A model generated the notes under the pieces. The model was given only the letters and a program-made list of their open reading frames with translations, made no database searches and was not told the origin of the DNA. Made by a program: the position numbers and the translations under genes. Positions 58,904 to 64,000 of a stretch of 64,000 nt of DNA are shown one piece after another. Source of the DNA: a virus (lineage: Duplodnaviria > Caudoviricetes); the IMG/VR virus record IMGVR_UViG_2563367162_000001, positions 1 to 64,000 of that record. One strand, written 5' to 3'. The stretch's first letter is position 1; each line of letters opens with the position of its first letter.

Positions 58904-59818
58904 TTATTGTATAGCACAGAGAGCGTTCAGATTAATATTTAATGCATTTCCGGAAGCGTCTTTTACCTGCTCCGGATTTGACCAGACTATCCCGTCGGCA
59001 GACTGGGTTATCAGTCCATTGTCACCTATTGCGATAAATTTATTATTGAGATAAATGACATCGTTCCAGTTCTGTGTACCAATCTGTTTTGGGGAGTCCC
59101 AACCCTTGGATGAAACTATATACCCGTCTTTCCCAACGGCGACAATTGTTCCGTCATTGGAAACTGCAACCCGTGTAAAGGTCTTTGTAAGTGATATTTC
59201 CGCACTTTTGGACCAACCGAAATAACGGCTGAAAGCATAAACCTCACCCCATTCCCCAAGTGCTATGAATTTTTTGAGATCACCATTGAATGTTATATCT
59301 ATGGGGGTAATCCCTCCAATTACTTTTCTGGTCCATGTTGTGGAATAGTCGTCCATTGTATAACTATATCCATAACCGTCTTGTTTCCCTACCATAACGA
59401 ATGTTTTATCTCCATAAGCTACCGAATAAGGAATAAAGGTAGAATGTGGCTGACTGCCAGTAAAGTTCCAGTCGTTTGATACAAAGTATGTTGCTGTCGA
59501 ATAACTTGTAGAATATGATGTTATGAACTTGTCATTACCAAAAGCAACCCCAATCGGTTCATATCCTGTTCCCATCTTACTTGTCAGATTCCAATTCTCA
59601 CCATCGGATGAAGTCATATATGGAGCGGTAAAAGATGAGCCTTCCTCCATTTTGCCACTTACAAAGTATCTACCATTGCCATAGGCCACATACTTCCAAT
59701 CACACTGTCCTGTCTGTTGTGTTCCTAAAGGAGTGATCACATACCCATTGTTCCCTACAATTATGAACTTACTACTTATAAAATTGGCTGTAATAGTACT
59801 GTTGGAGCTAAGTAACAT
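58904..59818 (-). CDS. Beta-propeller cassette C
   Basis: Begins SNSTITANF; same repeats; ends DASGNALNINLNALC. Confidence 0.8.
   Translation of the reverse strand: MLLSSNSTITANFISSKFIIVGNNGYVITPLGTQQTGQCDWKYVAYGNGRYFVSGKMEEGSSFTAPYMTSSDGENWNLTSKMGTGYEPIGVAFGNDKFITSYSTSYSTATYFVSNDWNFTGSQPHSTFIPYSVAYGDKTFVMVGKQDGYGYSYTMDDYSTTWTRKVIGGITPIDITFNGDLKKFIALGEWGEVYAFSRYFGWSKSAEISLTKTFTRVAVSNDGTIVAVGKDGYIVSSKGWDSPKQIGTQNWNDVIYLNNKFIAIGDNGLITQSADGIVWSNPEQVKDASGNALNINLNALCAIQ
59785..59805 (-). repeat. Cassette 5' site copy 2 (inverted)
   Basis: TGGCTGTAATAGTACTGTTGG. Confidence 0.9.
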
Positions 59819-59888
59819 GGATAATGTACTTCTTTAAACATACAAACCTGTGTAATTGCGATAAATAGATTATTTTTGAAACTAAAAA

Positions 59889-61052
59889 ATGGAACAGCTG
59901 AATATATTGGCCACAAAATTACGCAACTGCATTACTAATTTTTTTACTCAGGCAGAAGCTGTCGGTGTAAAGGGAAACATATATCTTTTTCTGGAAGGAG
60001 AAGAACTCAGCTTTTCAATATCAGAGTTGCAAGGTACCTCTGATTTCGAAAAGCCGCTGAAAGAAAAAAAACTGGGCGGATACTATGATCAGGTTAGAAT
60101 CACTCTACCTGAGGGGGGGCCAGGCAAAAGTTACAACATGTTTACCGATTTCTTTTCCGACATATGTGCTGATATAAATATCAAGGACTCCACACGTAAA
60201 AACTATTTTCGGACTCTTGATACATTGAAAGAGTATGCTCCAAACGCACATTTGTCAGATATTGATTCCAGCTTTGTATGTGGTTATGAATTATTCCTTT
60301 CCTCTTTGAAGATGAAAGCCAATACTATAATCAAACATCTGAAACATTTAAAGAAGGCCTTTCACCAGGCTTGTCGGAAAGGCTTTATAAAACATTCTGT
60401 AGATGAACTGTTCAGCCTCTGTAATGTTAGACCAGAGAAAACCTTCAAAGAAAGCCTGACGACTAAGGAACTGGTCGTGCTCTATCAATACCTGCAAAAC
60501 AATTTTAATACACTGGAAAATAGAGAACGAGAGATTCTTGCCGGCTTTATATTCTCATGTCTGACCGGTCTGCGCTATTCCGATATCTGCAAAGTGGAAT
60601 ATTCAAATATTAAACGGATCAGGAACAAGCGATGGCTTTTCCTCACAATGAAGAAGACATCACAGAAAGTTTTTGTTCCCATTGAACAGATGTTTTCAGG
60701 AAAGGCACTCGAAGTGATAAGATTATTTCACCGTACACGGGGAAAACTCTTTTATATGCCGTCCAATGCAGTGTGCAATCGGGTTATAAAACGTGTTTAC
60801 AAGAAGCTCTTCCGCAGTAAAAAGAATATCTCTTTTCATACTGGGCGTCATACGGCAGCCACACTGCTGCTGTATCATAACACGCCACTCACAACTATAA
60901 AGGAAATTCTTGGCCATACCAATATTCGTACTACAGAAACATATGCGGATATAAATGAAGCGACAATTTACAATTCCATATCCAAAATAAAATTCAAGGA
61001 ACTGGAGAAGGTTGAACGGAGGGTGGCCAGAATCTTTTCTGATAAGTTCTGA
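59889..61052 (+). CDS. Tyrosine recombinase 1
   Basis: SAM-like domain; GLRYSD, KKT, HTGRHT, LGH, TETYA (complete catalytic set). Confidence 0.92.
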   Translation: MEQLNILATKLRNCITNFFTQAEAVGVKGNIYLFLEGEELSFSISELQGTSDFEKPLKEKKLGGYYDQVRITLPEGGPGKSYNMFTDFFSDICADINIKDSTRKNYFRTLDTLKEYAPNAHLSDIDSSFVCGYELFLSSLKMKANTIIKHLKHLKKAFHQACRKGFIKHSVDELFSLCNVRPEKTFKESLTTKELVVLYQYLQNNFNTLENREREILAGFIFSCLTGLRYSDICKVEYSNIKRIRNKRWLFLTMKKTSQKVFVPIEQMFSGKALEVIRLFHRTRGKLFYMPSNAVCNRVIKRVYKKLFRSKKNISFHTGRHTAATLLLYHNTPLTTIKEILGHTNIRTTETYADINEATIYNSISKIKFKELEKVERRVARIFSDKF

Positions 61053-61213
61053 AGACTACCAATAGGTAAACCGACTTCTGACAGCAGATCAAAATATTTG
61101 AAATAAGCTTCTGCTTAACGATGTATACAAGAAGTCGTCATTCCGTTTTATTTGATTTGTAGTGTATATTATATCGTATGAGGAAGAAAAAAGCTAATTA
61201 GGACAGCCTTCAT

Positions 61214-62179
61214 ACCAACAGTACTATTACAGCCAATTTCGAATCTCCGCTCTCCATTTCGGATTATGTGCTCACGGGAAATAATGGTGTCATTCTCTCC
61301 AGGGGAGAAAGTTATGTGATCGGTACTGCTGACTGGTATTCAATAGCCTACGGAAACGGCAAATATGTTGCGGTTGGAGCATCCAAAGGCAATAACGGGG
61401 CTTATAGCGGGTATATTACCAATTCGGCAGACGGAGTGAATTGGAGTACCCCTAAAAGGTTGGTTGTTTCTGGGAACGGCTCGACAACAAAATGTAAGAC
61501 AGTTATGTATGCGAGTGGAAAGTTTGTCGCAGCCGGATTAAGGGACGTTGATGATTTTGACCCCTATTCCTCCATTGCCATATCGAATGATGGGGATAAC
61601 TGGACATTTGCCTCTAAATTCAGCAACACCAGTTATTTCAATACGTATTATGGTGTAGCCCATGGCAATTGTAAATACGTCGCTGTGGGGAGTTACAGCA
61701 ACCGGAATTTGATATCGGCCGTCTCAACTGATGCGGTTTCATGGAGCGGATATGACGTGGCGGGTCCCGGAACAGGTATATTGAAAGGTATAATTTTCGC
61801 GCAGGATGTTTTCTGGGCATTCAAGAATGGCACGGTGTATAGGTCGGTAGATGGGATCACATGGACATCGCATTCCATGGGAGGACTGAAAACATGCAAT
61901 TCTATGGCTTTTGGAAACGGAGTATTTGTCGCTGTCGGAGATGATGGATATATCTCCACATCCACAAATGGAACAATCTGGGGAACTGCTTTCATGGCCG
62001 GAACGAGCAAATGGAAGTCCGTCATATATTCAGATGGAAAATTCGTTGTGGTCGGAGAAGACGGATATATCTCATTCTCTAATGACGGCATGTCGTGGAG
62101 CGAACCCATTCCGATAAGAGATAATTCGGGCAATAAGGTCAAGACAACCTTTAATTCCATTCTTAGACTGGCTGATTAA
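61214..62179 (+). CDS. Beta-propeller cassette D (no ATG before the site; probably silent)
   Basis: Frame reads TNSTITANFESPLSISDYVLTGNNG..; same repeats. Confidence 0.75.
   Translation, partial: TNSTITANFESPLSISDYVLTGNNGVILSRGESYVIGTADWYSIAYGNGKYVAVGASKGNNGAYSGYITNSADGVNWSTPKRLVVSGNGSTTKCKTVMYASGKFVAAGLRDVDDFDPYSSIAISNDGDNWTFASKFSNTSYFNTYYGVAHGNCKYVAVGSYSNRNLISAVSTDAVSWSGYDVAGPGTGILKGIIFAQDVFWAFKNGTVYRSVDGITWTSHSMGGLKTCNSMAFGNGVFVAVGDDGYISTSTNGTIWGTAFMAGTSKWKSVIYSDGKFVVVGEDGYISFSNDGMSWSEPIPIRDNSGNKVKTTFNSILRLAD
61215..61235 (+). repeat. Cassette 5' site copy 3
   Basis: CCAACAGTACTATTACAGCCA; in-frame TAG at 61199-61201 upstream. Confidence 0.9.
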
Positions 62180-62378
62180 AGTTTTCTTTCTCAAAGCAAG
62201 CCAACACGACAACAGGTACCGGAAAACTTCTAGTACCTGTTTCTTGCCCGTTTTTAGCCTCATACAGGACAAAACGATAACTCTCATTTCACAATCAGAA
62301 GACCGTAGAACGAATTTATGACCTGTCGGGATGTTTTTGTTGGAAACACGATAAATAGAATTATTTTTGTTTCTAAAA

Positions 62379-63541
62379 ATGGATTCATTAAATATTCTGG
62401 GCACCCGGCTGCGTGATTGTATAAAAAGCCACCTTCTCCAATTTGGGAAGGGTGATATCAAGGGAAACATATATATACTATTGGGAGGAAATGAATTCAC
62501 CCTCTCGATATCCGACCTATGTGAGGAGAACGAAGCCTCCCCCCCCAGAAAGAAAAATATTTGGGTGGGTATTATGACAAGGTCAAGGCAATGCTGCCTG
62601 AAGGGGAGACTGACAAGCACTATGTTGCCTTTGTCGATTTTTTCTCTGACGTATGTATGGAGACCGGCATCAGGGAGTCCACCCGAAAGAACTATCTCCG
62701 GACACTGGATACATTGGAAGAATATGCTCCGGAAGCGGCTTTCTGTGATATAGACAAAATATTCGTATGCGGGTACGAGCGCTTTCTTTGTTCCATGGGA
62801 ATGAAAGCCAACACGATTGTCAAGCATATGAAACATTTAAAAAAGGCACTCCGACAGGCTTGCCTGAAAGGGTATATCAAACATTCCATAGAGGAATTGT
62901 TTAGCCTTTGCAATGTGAAACCGGAGAAAACTTTCAGGGAAAGCCTGACGACTAAGGAACTGGTCGTGCTCTATCAATTTCAGGAAAACAATTTCGACAC
63001 GATGGAAGAAAAGGAGCGGGAGATTCTTTCCGGTTTTCTGTTCTCGTGTCTGACCGGTCTGCGCTATTCCGATATCTGCAAAGTGGAATATTCAAATATT
63101 AAACGGATCAGGAACAAGCGATGGCTTTTCCTCACAATGAAGAAGACATCACAGAAAGTTTTTGTTCCCATTGAACAGATGTTTTCAGGAAAGGCACTCG
63201 AAGTGATAAGATTATTTCACCGTACACGGGAAAAACTCTTTTATATGCCGTCCAATGCAGTGTGCAATCGGGTTATAAAACGTGTTTACAAGAAGCTTTT
63301 TCGCAGCCGGAAAAACATTTCTTTTCACGTTGCACACCATACGACTGCCACCCTTCTGCTTTATCATGACACGCCACTCACAACTATAAAGGAAATTCTG
63401 GGGCATACCAACATCCGCACTACGGAAATCTATGCGGACATAAACGAGGCGACAATCTACAATTCGATATCCAAGATCAAATTTAAGGAACTAGAAAAGG
63501 TTGAACGAAGGATAGCTAGGAGCTTTTCCAATAAAAGCTAA
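62379..63541 (+). pseudogene. Tyrosine recombinase 2, frameshifted at a C8 tract
   Basis: Paralog of 59889; adding one C at 62539-62546 restores a colinear ORF; HxxR reads HVAH. Confidence 0.8.
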
Positions 63542-63597
63542 AGATCCACTGCCAAGAGCTTTAGCTTCTGGTAGTGGACCGAAAAAAACTGTGGCAA

Positions 63598-64000
63598 CTA
63601 TAAGTCACCGATGATTACGGCACAAACGCCGTTGAGAGTTGCTGTAACTACTTTACCTGATTCATCTTTTATTTGTTCGGGCGTAGTCCAATTTTCACCA
63701 TCTGTTGAAGTGGTTACATATCCATTATCACTTATTACTACAAAATTTTCATTTGCGCAACAAACATGAGCCCCATATTTTACTCCACTTATTATTTTTT
63801 TGGGTGTAGTCCAATTTTCACCATCTGTTGAAGTGGTTACATATCCATCGTTATATCCTCTATCTCCTACAACCACAAATTTCCCATTTCCATAACAAAT
63901 ATTAGTCCAATCATGAAATATACTTCCTACAGTTATAGGTGTTGTCCAATTTACTCCGTTAGTGGAAGTAGTTATATTTCCATCATTTCCCACTGCCACA
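63598..64000 (-). CDS. Beta-propeller cassette E (3' part; runs off the window)
   Basis: Same repeats; ends DESGKVVTATLNGVC. Confidence 0.8.
   Translation of the reverse strand, partial: VAVGNDGNITTSTNGVNWTTPITVGSIFHDWTNICYGNGKFVVVGDRGYNDGYVTTSTDGENWTTPKKIISGVKYGAHVCCANENFVVISDNGYVTTSTDGENWTTPEQIKDESGKVVTATLNGVCAVIIGDL

Larger units (their letters stand above)
40907..64000. mobile_element. Part of a mobilizable/conjugative element (ICE- or plasmid-like)
   Basis: Mobilization genes, coupling protein, ParA, methylase, polyvalent-type protein; boundaries not resolved. Confidence 0.75.

Noticed and set aside
57053-61235. CRISPR array or integron attC array from the 21-bp repeats
   Set aside because: Repeats are kilobases apart, in both orientations, and in frame at ORF 5' ends; no cas genes or attC-like 3' hairpins

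Overview
Bacteroidales (Bacteroides/Phocaeicola-like) accessory DNA made of three abutting mobile elements. (1) A ~35 kb Mu-like transposable prophage (~2865-37890) with a contractile tail. It carries a diversity-generating retroelement (DGR: RT, TR, VR in a tail protein), a Mom-like DNA-modification gene, a MuF head protein with a C-terminal papain-fold toxin plus a candidate antisense immunity gene, and an initiator-like tRNA-Met. (2) An IS21-family element (~38365-40906). (3) Part of a mobilizable/conjugative element (~40907->64000) with mob genes, a coupling protein, a large polyvalent-type protein, an adenine methylase, ParA, a fimbrillin and a Fic protein. The most novel feature is at 57-64 kb: an array of signal-less beta-propeller 3' cassettes in both orientations. 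Each intact cassette begins with the same 21-bp site (CCAACAGTACTATTACAGCCA), and two paralogous tyrosine recombinases are interleaved, suggesting a multi-recombinase shufflon. Also notable: a homologous pseudoknotted ncRNA-like element next to both DNA-adenine-modification loci, and a C-terminal domain shared by three genes beside the coupling protein. Product calls come from recognised motifs and synteny; no database searches were run.
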